From Stegostoma tigrinum (Eukaryota), in NCBI RefSeq assembly GCF_030684315.1, contig NC_081362.1, forward strand, positions 27,279,266-27,343,265: a DNA stretch of 64,000 nucleotides. The letters run 5' to 3'. The notes under the pieces were generated by a model. It worked only from the letters and a program-made list of their open reading frames with translations. It ran no database searches and had not been told where the DNA came from. The position numbers and the translations under genes were made by a program. The stretch's first letter is position 1. The number at the start of each line of letters is the position of its first letter. This document shows positions 26,048-39,223 of the stretch, piece after piece.

Positions 26048-27446
26048 GAGAGATAATGGGAACTGCAGATGCTGGAGAATCCAAGATAATAAAGTGTGAA
26101 GCTGGATGAACACAGCAGGCCAAGCAGCTCCTCAGGAGCACAACCCCAAACTAAATCCCAAATCCCCAAACTAAAATAGCCCCACGTGCATGCTCCTGGC
26201 CCATTTCCCTCCAAATCTAGTATCAGAGATGGTGGGAACTGCAGATGTTGGAGAATCCGAGATGGCGGCGTGTGGAGCTGGATGAGCACGGCGGGCCGGG
26301 CGGCATCTTAGGAGCGCGGGGGCTGGCGTTTCGGGCCTGGACCCTTCATCAGAAAAGGGGGAGGGGAGGGGGATTCTGACATGGATGGGGGGGGGGGGGG
26401 GGTGGTAGGCCAATTGAGCATGTATTGGGGAGGGGATGGGTGGAGAGGAGACGGACAGGTTGCGGGGGGGGGCAGGGATGGAGCCAGTGGAGGTGGGTGT
26501 GGGCGGGGAGGGGATGGGTCGGCCTGGGGAGGACGGATAGGTTGGGGGGTGGGATGGGGTTGGTGGGTGGGGAATGGAGGTGTGGCTTGGGCTGGGGGGA
26601 GGGGATGTGTGGGAGGAGGGGCAGTTTGGGGGACGGGGATGAGCTGGGCTGGTTTTGGGATGCAGTTGGGGGGGGGGGGAGATTTTGGGGCTGGTGAGGT
26701 CCGCGTTGGTGCCGTTGGGCTGCGGGGTTCCCAGGGGAAGTGTGGGTTGCTGTTCCTGCGACCTGCGGGTGGCGTCGTTGTGGCACTGCAGGAGGCCCAT
26801 GATGGGCATGTCGTCTGAGGAGTGGGAGGGGGAGTTGAAATGGTCGTCTGAGGAGTGGGAGGGGGAGTTGAAATGGTTGTCTGGGGAATGGGAGGGGGAG
26901 TTGAAATAGTTGTCATTTCGGCTCCCCCTCACATTCCTTAGACGGCATGTCCATTCTGCAGTGCCACAGCGGTGCTGCCCAGGGGTTGTGGGGACGGCGA
27001 ATCGTGTTCTGCTTGGGGGCCCTGCAGCCCGGTGGCATCAGTGTGGATTTCACTAGCTTCGGGGTCGCCCCTCACCCCACATGCCAGCCCAACTCGTCCC
27101 CGTCTCCCTAGCCTGTTCTTCGTCTCACTTGCCCCTCCTCCCACCTCGAGCCGCGCTCCCGTTTCCTTCCTGCTAGCCTCATCCCACCCCCTTGACCTGT
27201 CCCCTCCCGGCCTCCCCTCCTGCATTCGCCTCTGCTGGCTCCATCCCCACCTCTTTGGCTTGTCTGTCTCCTCTCCACCTATCTTCTTCTCTATCCATCT
27301 TTGATCCACCTCCCCCTCTCTCCCTATTTATTTCAGAACCCTCTCCCCATCCCCCTCTCTGAAGGGTCTAGGCCCGAAACGTCAGCTTTTGTGCTCCCGA
27401 GATGCTGCTTGGCCTGCTGTGTTCATCCAGCTTCACACTTTATTAT
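26048..27446. mobile_element. Composite fold-back PLE insertion with A-to-G hypermutated core and 15-bp TSD
   Basis: TSD CTTTGATGAACTGGA at 26033-26047 and 27447-27461; inverted arms about 26225-26835 and 26920-27446; dense A>G relative to sibling copies. Confidence 0.85.
26810..26914. repeat. 33-bp tandem repeat, about 3.2 copies, at the hairpin apex
   Basis: Unit GTCGTCTGAGGAGTGGGAGGGGGAGTTGAAATG starts at 26810, 26843 and 26876 (variant). Confidence 0.85.
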
Positions 27447-29199
27447 CTTTGATGAACTGGAACTAGGTTCAAATGGTCATAAAAGAATCTCTCCTGTCAG
27501 GTGGTTTTCTCAACTCAAATAATCAACACGACAGGGAGGGAAAAGAAGTGATCAACACTACAGGGAGGAAAAAGAAGTGTTTCAAATGCAGTTTGAGGCT
27601 CTCCATGGATCACGGCATCAATGACTGGGAGGAGCCTATCAAAAGGGCTACAACTTTGTTCATCAAGTTGAATCATGCTTTGATGCACATATCATATTGA
27701 AGAGACGGAACAGTAGAAAGGAAAAAAAATACAAATCCTAGACTCTGGAACTCACAATCTATGGGACATCCTGGCCCACATACCCAGAGATCCATAGATC
27801 AATCTATTCAGTCACAATTCACACCCATGGGAAAAATACTAAGAAGATATTATGCTCCAACTGAGGGATAACTAACAACAGTTCCATGGCCTTTAACTTT
27901 GCTGATAAACTCATTATGTGCTGTTTCAACAAATGCGGTGTGGAGGTCCTTGTTCAGCACAACAATTATTACTCATCAACCTTCTTTGCTAGTTTACCAA
28001 ATAAGTTAAACTATCATAATTTGCCTTCAGCAAATCAGTGTTGGCTTTCCTTAATTGGTCCATATTTATAGTGGTTAAATTTTGACTCTGTTTATTGTTC
28101 CTTAGCTCTGTTTTCTATGACTGACAATGACTTGTCTCTAATTGCTAGGATTATCCAAACTTCCTTTTCTGAACCAAAGGTACATTATTTGCAATTCCAA
28201 ATCCTCTAGTACCAACTATGTATCTAAGGTGGATTTGAATATTATTTCCAATGCCTCTTCTACATCTATTCCTAAATTCCTCAGAATCCACAGATGCATC
28301 TCATTTAGTCCTGGAGAATTATATTAACTTTCAGTGCACCTAGACTTTCTAATTCCTCAATTTTATCAACTATCAGCTGATTTTGTGTTCCAGCTACTGC
28401 CTTATCAATATGACTGATGGCATTTGCTTCTTCAACAAAAATATACTCAAGGAACTCATTTGTCATCTCATCCATGCTCTCTGTCTCGTTGCATGTATTG
28501 CCTTTTCGATTCCTAATTGGCCCACCCAGTCTTTTATGATGCAGGTGCCTTTCTGCAATTTTTAGATTCTCTTTTATCTTAGCTTCCAGTCTCTTCCCGG
28601 TTCTCCTTTTCCTTTGGTCATTCTATATTCAGTCTTGTTCTTACAAATATAAACAACCTGATAACTGCTATTTCTCATCTTTCCTTTTTGCTGTAACATT
28701 CGTCATCCAAAGAGCTTTGGCTAAATTTGACTTGTCTTTCATTTCATGGAAAAATATTACTTATAATCAAACAGAGCCATAGAGGGATATTTCACTTTCA
28801 AAACAACCCATTGCTCCCTTACAGTTTTGCCTGTCAATCTTTGATTCCAATTTACCATGATGAGGTCTGTTCTCACAAAACTAAAATTGTACCATACCAG
28901 CCCTGCCCTCTCCATCTTCAATTATTTTTTCACTGACTTTCGTATTATCCTGTTCCGCAGCTAAGCCAAACTTTATGATACTGCGATCACTATCTCTTAG
29001 TCGATCTAACTCATTCCTCAGAATGAAATGCAAAAAATGACTTCTCTTGTTGATTTGGAAACAAAATGATCTAGGAAATTCTTCCCAATACATTTCAAAA
29101 ACTATACCCCACCTTTACATTACAATATTCCAGTGTACATAGCAGGATTGTGCTGTTTTCATTTATTTACCTTACAAATCCAATTAAAACAGTACTTAC

Positions 29200-29254
29200 C
29201 ATCCTCAGTGTTCAGAAATTTCTTCAAGCTCTCATTAACCAATGGTGTTTTGTT
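29200..29254 (-). CDS. CEP43: CEP43 exon 3 (NKTPLVNESLKKFLNTED-G)
   Basis: taatAG acceptor, GTAAGT donor, 55 nt, phase 0-1; matches human NKTPLVNESLKKFLNTKDG. Confidence 0.96.
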
Positions 29255-29995
29255 CTATTAAATGAATTAGAATTAGCTACTTGAAATCCACCTTCTATAC
29301 CATTAAAATTTGTCTTTCTTTGCAATGCTTTTTTTTCTATATTTACTTTTTGCCACATTTGTGATTTATTATCTACTTATCTTTTACTGTTGACTTTGTC
29401 CCCTATTCTGTTAAATATTAACTCCTTTCCAATGTCTCTGGATAACTTTATCTTTTTTTCTCAACATCTATTTCTGATGCTTGTAATTGTGTTGTTATAT
29501 AAACATTGGTACACTGTAAACTAGATACAAAAAGCTGCTATGTTGGACTAAATAGGAAGATTTTCCTGAGCAATTTTTACGTGCTAGTTGTACAAAGAAG
29601 TTGGATAACAAAAAGAAAGGCATGGAAATCACTACACTTGACAGTGGAATCTAACAGTTTCTTATCCATCTCAAAAGCTAATTTCTATATACATTTAGGT
29701 AATTTTTTTAATTACTCAATGTTTCCCAAAAATAACTAATTACACTAAAAAATATTGCAGATATACAAACTAATTCTATTTTTAACGACAGCTTTCAACC
29801 AATCATGAAACGGCTGTAGCAGTGCCTTCTATAACAACAGTCACTGCACTACATGTGGAGCAAGTTGAGACATCCTCATGAATTTAGCATGTGCTATATA
29901 AATACAATATTGATTTTTGACAATTAAAACAAAATGTACAGGGTTACTACTTATCAGCTGTTGAAAATAATTCTTTGCTTTGCAAAAACACTTAC

Positions 29996-30049
29996 CTCTA
30001 CTCTCTCCTGTTCTTCAAGTGCCAAGAATACAGCTGCCCGTATTTCAGC
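29996..30049 (-). CDS. CEP43: CEP43 exon 2 (AEIRAAVFLALEEQERVE)
   Basis: tttcAG acceptor, GTAAGT donor, 54 nt, phase 0-0; matches human AELRAAVFLALEEQEKVE. Confidence 0.96.
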
Positions 30050-30079
30050 CTGAAACAGGAAATACTTAGTCTGATCTCA

Positions 30080-31780
30080 TATAGTCAGAGATGTACAGTA
30101 TGGAAAAAACTTCAGTCCAACTCATCCATGCTGACAAGATAGCCGAAATTAATCTAGTTCCATTTGCAGCATTTGGCCCATGTCCCTCTAAACCGTTCCT
30201 ATTCAGTTGCTTTTTCAATGTTTAATTGTACCAGCCTTCACCACTTCTTCTGCCAGCTGATTCCATCTACACACCACCCTTTGTGAGTGAAGAAGTTGCC
30301 TCTTAAGTCCCTTTTAAATCTTTCTTCTCTCACCTTAAACCTATGACCTCTAGTTTTGGACTCCCTACCCTGAGGAAAAGACTCTGGCTGTTCATCCTAT
30401 CTATGCCCCCCATGATTTTATAACCCTCCATAAGATCAACCCTCAGCCTCCAAAGTTCCAGGGAAAATAGCCCCAGCCTGTTCGGAATCTTCCCAGTAGC
30501 TTAAACCCTTCAACCCTGGCAACATTCTTGTAAAAATCTTTTCTGAACCCTTTCAAGTTTCAAAAATTTTTCCTACAGCAGGGCGAAGAGAATTGAATGC
30601 AGTATTCCAAAAGTGGCTAAAATGTCCAGCACAGCCGCAACATGACCTCCCAACTCCTGCACTCAACACACTGACCAATAAAGGCAAGCGTACCAAATGT
30701 CATCTTCACTATGCTGAATACCTGTGACTCCACTTTTAAGGAGCTATGAACCAGCACTCCAAGGTCTCTTTGTTCAGGAACACTCTCCAGGACCTCAACA
30801 CTAAGTGCAGAAGTGCTATCCTGATTTGCCTTACAAAAACGCAACATGTCACATCTTTCAGCGTCCTCGGTTCATTCATCCATTCAATCAAGGTTCATTG
30901 TACTAAGATAACTTCCTTCACTGTTGACTTTAATACCAATTTGGGTGACATCTGTGAACGTACTAACCATACTTCCTGTTTTCACATCCAAATCACTTAT
31001 ATAAAATGACAAAAAGCAGTGGACCTAGCACCAATCCTTGCAATACACCGCTGGTCACGAGCCTTCAGTACAAAAAGCAACCCTCCACCATCATCCCCTG
31101 TCTACCTTCAAGCCAATTTTATATCCAAATGGCTTGCTCTCCCTGTATTTCATGTGACCGAATCAACCATGTAGAACCTTGTTGAATGCCTTAAGTCCAT
31201 ACAGACACAACCATCGCTCCGCCTTCATCGTTATTTTGTCACTTCTTCAAAAACCTCAATCAAGTTAGCGATACAAGATTTCCACACACAATGCCATGTT
31301 GACTATCCGTAATCGTTCCCTGCCTTTCCAAATAGATGTAAATCCTATCCCTCAGAATCTCCTCCAACAATTTATCCACCACTGACTTCGGGCTCACCAA
31401 TCTCTCATTCTCTGGCTTTTCCTGACCACCTTTCACAGATAATGGTATCAGACTTTCAACACCACACCTGTGGTCATCAATGATACAAATATCTCAGCAA
31501 GCCACCCAACAATCTCTTCCCTATCTTCCCACAAAGTTTTGGGATACACCTGATCAGTCCCAAGGATTAATCTACCTTTATGTGTCCAGCACCCACTCCT
31601 CTGTAATATGGACATTTTTTAAGATATCACTATTTATTTCTCCAAATTCTCTACCTTCCATATTCTTCTCCACCGTAAAAAACTGACATGAAATCCCCAC
31701 ATAGTATTTCTCCCACCTCCTGGGGTTCCATACATAGAAGGCCTTGCTAAGCTTTCAGGGGCTCTATTCTCTGACTGACT
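30080..31780 (-). mobile_element. CR1/HER1-type LINE fragment (RT to 3' tail)
   Basis: EQRDLGVLVHSSLKVESQV...LAFIGQCVECRSWEVMLRL; 3' tail near 30085, just upstream of the CEP43 exon 2 acceptor. Confidence 0.85.
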
Positions 31781-32339
31781 ACTAGTAGCTGTGAGGTCCC
31801 TTTAAATTCTCATGACTTTTAATAGTGGATACGGACTAACCGAGCAATTCTTAAGGCATGATTCCTGTTCTAAAAAGGCCGATGAAAAGGAGATTTTTAA
31901 AAATCCCTTAAGTTTAAATGTTTTGTTGCTGATCCTCAGAGCTCTGCTGCTGAACCCGACTGCAGAGTTATGGCATTTTCAAATCGTGAGATGGGGTCAC
32001 AATGAGAAATGTTTTGGAAGAAATAAAAAAAAATTTCTGGAAAGCCTCAGTAGGTCTGGTAGCACCTGTGGGGGGCGGAAATCGGTGTTAGAATTTTGGG
32101 TCCAGTGACACTGAAGTTCTGACGAAGCGTCACTCAAGTTGTTGCTTTGCAATAAAAAAAAGGGAAAAATTCTAAAGGGACAGACCCCACAATCTGAGGA
32201 TACCTTAAAAAAAAGTCAAAGATAGTGTCAAACTCAAAGAAAAGACATATAATTCTGCTAAGATGGTGGCAGATCAAAAGGTCAGACAGAATATAAAAAC
32301 GGCAAAAGAAATTACCAAATGATTCATGAGGAGCAATGA

Positions 32340-34225
32340 AGTTTGTTAGGGTGACTAGTGTGTCTGGCCATGTTGCGTCTCCTTGTTGTGGTCTGTCATG
32401 GAGGTAACGGCGGATTGTGCTTTTGGGTATCTATTCCTTTTAAAGGCTCCACCTAAGTGCTCCTGTTTTGCTTTGCGCAATTTCAGATTGCTGTAGGGTG
32501 CTGTGGCCTGTTGGAATAATTCCCTAACGCAGGTCCGTTTTTAGGTGTTGGGATGGTTGCTGGAGTAATTAAAGTATCTGGTCCATATGTGTGGTTTTCT
32601 GTACACACTAGGAGTTTGCCATTGTTTTTACATTATACCATTACATCTAGGAAGGGTAAACAGTTATTGTTGTTGTCTTCTTTTGTGGATTCTATTTGGT
32701 GAGGATGTTGTTTATGTTTCGGTGGATTTCTTCTAGTCTTGTACATTTGGTAATCACGAAGGTGTCATCTAAGTAGCAGACTGAATTATAACTACAGAAA
32801 TGCCAAAAAAAAACTGACTTCCTGGCTGCACTGGAATCAATGTTAAAGAACAATAGATTCATGGAGGAAATACACCAGACTATCAGACAGACGACTGTCC
32901 CAACATTGAGCAGAAAAGGAAAGTGTAACACACTCAACACAGTGGAAAAGAAAGACCTGGAAAGATTCATGAAAGACAGCAAGATTGTAAACTTACTAGT
33001 GGACAATGGACACATGACAGAAATCCTTTAAAGAGCCCAATACGTTGAGAAAGCTAATACACTACCAGCAGATACCAACACCGACCAACAGATGGCGATA
33101 GACCCAAAGACACAGTTAAACATCTGGATCATGACAACCCTGAAGAAATTACACAACTCAGGAGATATCAGCAAGATAGACGACCAAAAAAAAATGAAGG
33201 CAAAGGGATCCAACACACCCCACTTCTATGGACTCCCCACAAGTACACAAGCCAGCAGTCCCCCTCAGACCAACTGTCTCACTACCAGGCAGGCCAATTT
33301 TGAGACTAGCCAAAGAACTACAATGTAAACTGAAATAGTTAGCTGACAACACTAGCTACTCCATCCACTCCTCCCAAAGAATTCCTCAACATCAAGCACA
33401 CCAGAATAGAACAAGACAAGATAATGATATTCTTTGACATAACGGCACTATTTACATTCATAAACATTGACTGAGCCAAAGAGACAATTGCTAAACTGCT
33501 GGATGAATCAGGAAGGTAGGCATTCCATGAAATGGACACCCAAAAAAGCACAATCCACCACTACCTTCATGACTAACCACAACATAGCCAGACACACTAG
33601 TCACCCTAATGTACATCAGGAACATATCAGAGATGACCACAAGACAACTCAGACCCCTAGGTATCGGGGAGCCCACAAACAACGACTTTCTGATAGCTAC
33701 TGACAAACATAAAAGGATCCCATACTCACAACCAATAAAACTGAAGTAATATATAAAATACTCTGTAAGAACTGTGAAAAACATTACATAGGCCAAACTG
33801 GAAGAAAACTGACATTAAGCAGATACGAACACCAACTAACCACCGAGAGACATGACCAATTCTCTCTGGTCTCAATACACACAGACAAAGGAGGACACAA
33901 ATTCGACTGGGATAACACATCCATAATAGCAAGAGCCAAACAGAGACGTGACAGGGAATTTCTGGAGGCCTGGCATTCAAACTGGAACACCATGAACAAA
34001 CACATTGGACTGGACCACTGAAAATCAGGACCGGCAGTAATGCCAACAACCCCAGCAAACCAAGGCATATAAATAACAAGTGGGACAGAACACCAATGCT
34101 TCACTGGAAGTGCACTGACGACGTTAGCTAGCAGGGTGATGAAATGTCTGCAACAAAACACACCGGCTCGACAAACAAATCTACAACCTCATCCACAATC
34201 CAAGTTACAAATCTTCTCAAAAGCT
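32340..34225. mobile_element. Penelope/Poseidon-like element with an inverted RT segment, nested in a CR1 LINE
   Basis: Minus 32340-32790 holds the RT YLDDTFVI motif. Plus 32790-34225 holds TPHFYGLP, the GIY-YIG region and a degenerate hammerhead at about 34112-34151. Same family as the 2033 palindrome. Confidence 0.8.
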
Positions 34226-35660
34226 TTAAAGGGAAATAATGTTTAAATAATTTACTATCATTCTTTGAAGTAATAACTAGTGTTGTAAATAAAGATAAAC
34301 CAGCAGACGTGTAAAATTAACTCTTTTTTGATAAGGAGCTACATTAAAGGTTGTTGCAGAAATAAAGTCTCATTGCGTAGGGGGCAACACATTGGCATGG
34401 ATAGAAGATTAACTTGCTAACAAGAAGCAGGGAGTGGGAATAAGTAAGTCTGTTTCAGGCTGGCAAGATATTACAAGTAGTATGCAGCAGGGATCCTCAA
34501 CACTTTACAATTTATAAAAATGATTTGGATAAAGGGGTTAAAACATAGCTAAGTTTGTTAATGGCACAAAGATAGATAAGAAAGTGAGTAGTGAAGAATT
34601 CATAAGGAGTCTACGAAGGATATAGATAGGTTACGCAAGTCGTCAAGGTTCTGGCAAATGGAGTCCAATGCGTGAAATTGTCCATTTTGGTAGAAAGACC
34701 AAAAAAAGCATATTCATTGAATGTTGAGAAGTTGCAGAGCTCTGAGATGCCAAAAGATCTGGGTGTCTGATGCATGATCACAAAAGGCAAGTATGCAGGA
34801 ACAGCAAGAAATCAGTAAAGTTAATAGAATGTTATGTTCTATTGTGAGGGAAATTCAATGGAAAAAGAGGGAGGTTATGCTTCAGTTATACAGGGCATTG
34901 GTGAGACTGCAACTAGAATACTGTATACTATATTGGTCACTGCACCCAAAGAAGCATGTTAATGTGTTAGAATAATTCCACAGAAGGCATGCTAAACTAA
35001 TACCTGGAATGAAAGGACTGCATAAAGTGTGAAGGGGGGCCAGTATCCTTTGGCATTTAGAAGAGTCAGACATGAGAGGCAATTTTTTTTAATATACACA
35101 GAAGGTGGCTTGTGTGTAGAATGAACTTCCTGAGGAAGTAGTGGATGTGGGTACAATTATATCGCTTAAGAGACATCTGGCTAGATATATGAATAGGCAA
35201 AGTTTGGAGGGATATGGGTCAGGAGCAGGCAGATAGGACTAGTTTAGTTTGGGATTATGTTTGGTATGGACTGGTTGGGCCGAAAGGTCTGTTTCCGTGC
35301 TGTTAGACTCTATGACTCAACAAGACCCTAAAGAGACTTGACTGGGTGGATGCTGAAAGCATGTTTCCTCTTGTGGGAGAATGTATAGCTAGAAATCATA
35401 CTTTTAAAATGAGCGGATGCCCATTTAAAACAGAGATATTTTCTCTCACAGAGGATTAAGAGTCTTTGGAATTACTTCCTCAAAAGGCAGTGGACATAAA
35501 ATCTTAAAAGTTTTTTTTAGAAAGGGAGAGGTAAATACAGCTTTGATTATCGAGGGGTACAAGATTTCTGGGGATATACAGAAATGTAGAGTTCAGGTTA
35601 AAATCAGATCAATCATGATCTTATTGAGTAGTAGAACAGGCTGAAAGAGCTGAGTGGATT
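34226..35660 (+). mobile_element. CR1-type LINE fragment with a nested CR1 tail at about 35095-35320
   Basis: REVMLQLYRALVRLQLEYCILYWS motif; CR1 3' tail. Confidence 0.8.
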
Positions 35661-35711
35661 TCTCTTGTTTACATGCCCGTATACATTCAATAAATGCTGG
35701 AACTAGAAATG

Positions 35712-36349
35712 TGTCACAATTTGTGCCTTGAAGAGGGATTTGTTCTGTCCTGTTTCTCTTGAAGAGGGTGTTGTCAACCTGGTGCAGAGATGTCTGCATC
35801 AAAGAAAGCAGAGTAAATAGCTTTGGGTCTTTATTAAAATTAGACAAAAGATGCACGAACGGGTGGAATCGAGTTCACAGAGACGCAGGGTTTTAGCTTT
35901 GCTTTCTGTTGTTGAAGTTTAGTTTTTACTTGGAGTTGACGCTGCTAGATAAAGCTCGCTCTCTACTGCTGCACGAAGCTTGAGTTCTCTCTCTGCTGCT
36001 AGCTTCATTTCTTTTAGACTGGAAATGCAAGTGAGGGAAATCTGTTTTGCTGAATTTGCCTTTGCTGGGGAGGCAGGGTGTTTATGGAATGTTGTTATTT
36101 TGGAACGGAGGATGTGTAGTTAAATAATATATTATTAAGTATTTTGATACAGTTTAAGTTGTGCCAATTTTTTTTGTTGTATTAAATGTAGTGCAAGAAT
36201 AAAGCATGTTGTGCCTGCAGCCTAGTAGTTTAACCAATCGAATCACATCTGGAAGACAACACCTGACACGTGTCTTTGAATAAAATAGAAGTTCGGGGCC
36301 AGGCTATCCCCTTGATGCATTTTGAGGGCGTCTGGTCTGGTCCTTAACA
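35712..36349 (+). mobile_element. Solo LTR-like element related to 18651-19325
   Basis: TG...CA termini; shared 3' end ...gaggg.gt.tggtctggtc..aca; TSD not clean. Confidence 0.6.
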
Positions 36350-36919
36350 CAAGCTATTATTAATTGTGACAACAAAACTACCAGATTATACAAAAATGAT
36401 TTTCTAATGTCTTGGACAGAAGGAAATCTGCTGCTCTTAATTGGTCTGGCCTACATGAACACAGTTCCAAACCAATGTTGTTAGCTCTCAACAGTTCCCA
36501 TAAGTTCAGAAGTAATCTCGCAAGCCACTGACTTTAACATATAACAATAGTACAACTGGACATACCAAAAGGCATCAACCCAGGGACTGAATACAATAAA
36601 AGGCATTGCCCAGACAGCCCAGGAAACTCTCCCCAAAATCTTGAGACATGTCAAACTGGCATAATTTTCCTGCAGGCTAGTCAAGTAACAGTCTGACATA
36701 GTTATACTCTTAGAATCAGGATTTTCAGACAATGGCCTCGACAGCTCCATCGTCATCATCCTGCCTCACACATGAATGTCCTCAATACGGATTCTGAATC
36801 CCATAAAATTTCATGGTATCAGGTCAGACACGGGCAAGAAAACTTCCTCCGATTACAACCTACTGTTCCATTGGAACAATATTCCTCCATGTCGCAGTTG
36901 GGTTCAGGTGTTGAGCCTT

Positions 36920-38410
36920 GGATTGGAAATGTGCTCATGACATTCCACTCTTTAAGGGTGAGAGACAGGAACTAGGGAATTACAGACCAGTTAGCCTAAC
37001 AACCGTGGTGGGGAAATTTTCGCAGTCAAGAATCAAGTATGGGGTAAGTGATCACCTCGTAAAATTTCAGTTAATGAAGGAAGTCAACATGGATTCATGA
37101 AGGGTAGGTCATGCCTGACGAAACTCAACATTTTTTTTGAGGAGGCACCTAAGGTGGTGGAACGAGGGAAGTCAATGGATGTTGTTTATGTGGACTTTCA
37201 GAGGCTTTTGATAGTCGCACACAAGAGACTGTTAGCTAATGTGGGAGCTTGCAGAATTGAGGGCAAATTATTGACATAGATAGTAAATTGACTGAGTGGC
37301 AGAAAAGAGCATTGGAATGAAGAGCAAGGACTCAAACTGATAGGACTTGACTAGTGGTGTCCCACTGGGATCTGTGCTGGATCCTCAATTATTCACAATA
37401 TTCATTAACAACTTGGATAATGGAACAAAAAGTCAAATATCCAAAATTGCAGCCACCACAAAAACTAGTCAGTATTGTAGACAGTACTGAAGACAGCAAA
37501 AAATTACAATAGGAATGAACAAATCAGGCAAATGACAAAGCTGTGGGAGATGGATTTTAATATAAACAAGACTGATGTTATCCATTTCAGACTGAAAAAG
37601 GATAGATCAGGATATTTCTTAAGGCACAAAGCTGAAGAAAGTGGATGTCCAACAAGATTTGGGGGTTCAGGTCCATAGTTCTTTAAAATGCCATGAACAG
37701 ATGCAGAAATTAGTTAAACATGCTGATAGAATGCTGGCCTTCTTACCTAAAGGATAAGAGGGGTTACAGGAATACAGATGTTATGCTGCCGACATACAAA
37801 ACCCCAGTTAGACCCCACATAGAGGACTTGAATAGATCTAGGCAGCACTCCTAGGGAAGGTGTTTTGGCCCTTGAGAGTTCAATGCAGGTTTAAAAGGAT
37901 GATACCTGGACTTCATTCAGGGGTTAAGTTATGAGCTGCGATTAGACAAATTAGACACTTATTCTCTAAAATTTAGGATGCTGTGGGGGTTTTAAAGGTC
38001 TTCAGGATATTAACAGGAGAAGATAGGGGAGATAAATTATTCCCAATGCTTGAAGAGTGTAGAACCAGCAGGCATAAGAATTAAGGCCAGGCCATTCAGC
38101 AGACACATCAGAAAGATCTTCTACATACAAAATGTACAGGGGGATTGGAATTCTCTTCCTCAAATGGTAGTTGATGCTAATTCAATTCCCCCCCCACCCC
38201 CCTCCATGCTCTAGGGAAAACAGCCCTGGTCTATTCAGCTTCTCCTATAACTCAAACCCTCCAAACCTGGCAACATCCCTTTGGGACTTGAAAGGGTTCA
38301 GAAAAGATTCACATCATCTTTCCTACTGCAGGGAGACAGGGATTGAACGCAGTACTTCAAAAGTAGTCCAACCAATATCCTGCACAGCTGCAACATGACA
38401 TCCCAACTCG
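36920..38410. mobile_element. CR1-type LINE fragments (plus 36920-38180, minus 38200-38410)
   Basis: GNYRPVSLTTVVGK, KGRSCLTKL..FFEE and DVVYVDFQ motifs. Confidence 0.8.
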
Positions 38411-38936
38411 TATACATTTAAAGAGGATGCAGGAACAGGACTATAACACTTTAAATACATATACAGATCTCCAACTCTCTCTCTTAACACCCGCTAGTCC
38501 TAAAAACTCTTTCCAAAATCCTGTGTTCAATCCTGGTCTCCCTGCAAATAGGAAAGATGATGCAAATCTTTCCAAGATTTTGTTTCACTGACCGATCTTT
38601 ATAGCATCTTTCCCTCTCATGTGACCAATTACCTGGCTTTCATGGGTCCAAAACTTTAGATATCCTTTTTGAACCCATTCATCCAGAGTTTCATTCTCCT
38701 TAATATTCTCCACATTCACCAAAATTTTAGTCATCCCCTTATTGTCTATCTCATTCGATGCGGCATCATAACAGGATCAGCTTCTACTTGTAATTATGAA
38801 TATCAAATATGAACATCAACACCTAATATGGATTCTAGAAGGATGAAATAAAACAAAAGAAAATGCATCACCGTTAAGTATAGAGACACTTCTCTTCCAG
38901 GAATGCCTATCTTGAAAGAAGTTCCCTCCAATTTAG

Positions 38937-39223
38937 GGGTGGCAAGGTGGCACAATGGTCAGTGCCGCTGCCTCACAGCACCAGGGACCCAGGTTCAATT
39001 CCAACCTCAGGTGTCTGTGTGAAATTTGCACATTCTCCCTGTGTCTGCGTGGGTCTCCTCCCACTGTGCAGTTTAGGTGGATTGGCCCTGCTAAATTGTC
39101 CAGTGTTCAGGGATGCCTAGCTTCGGAGATTATAAGGGGATGGGCCTTGTTGGGACGCACTGAGGTTCAGTGTGGACTTGTTGGGCGGAAGGGCCTGTTT
39201 CCACAATGTAGGGATTCTATGAT
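38937..39223 (+). mobile_element. HE1-like SINE
   Basis: Same head, body and tail as the 8549 and 16675 copies. Confidence 0.78.

Noticed and set aside
26810-26914. 33-bp repeats of CRISPR-like length
   Set aside because: Head-to-tail tandem copies without spacers in a eukaryotic retroelement.
26171-26932. 253-aa and overlapping Pro-rich/Gly-rich ORFs
   Set aside because: By-product of A>G hypermutation of a PLE (T>C on minus removes stop codons); not a host gene.
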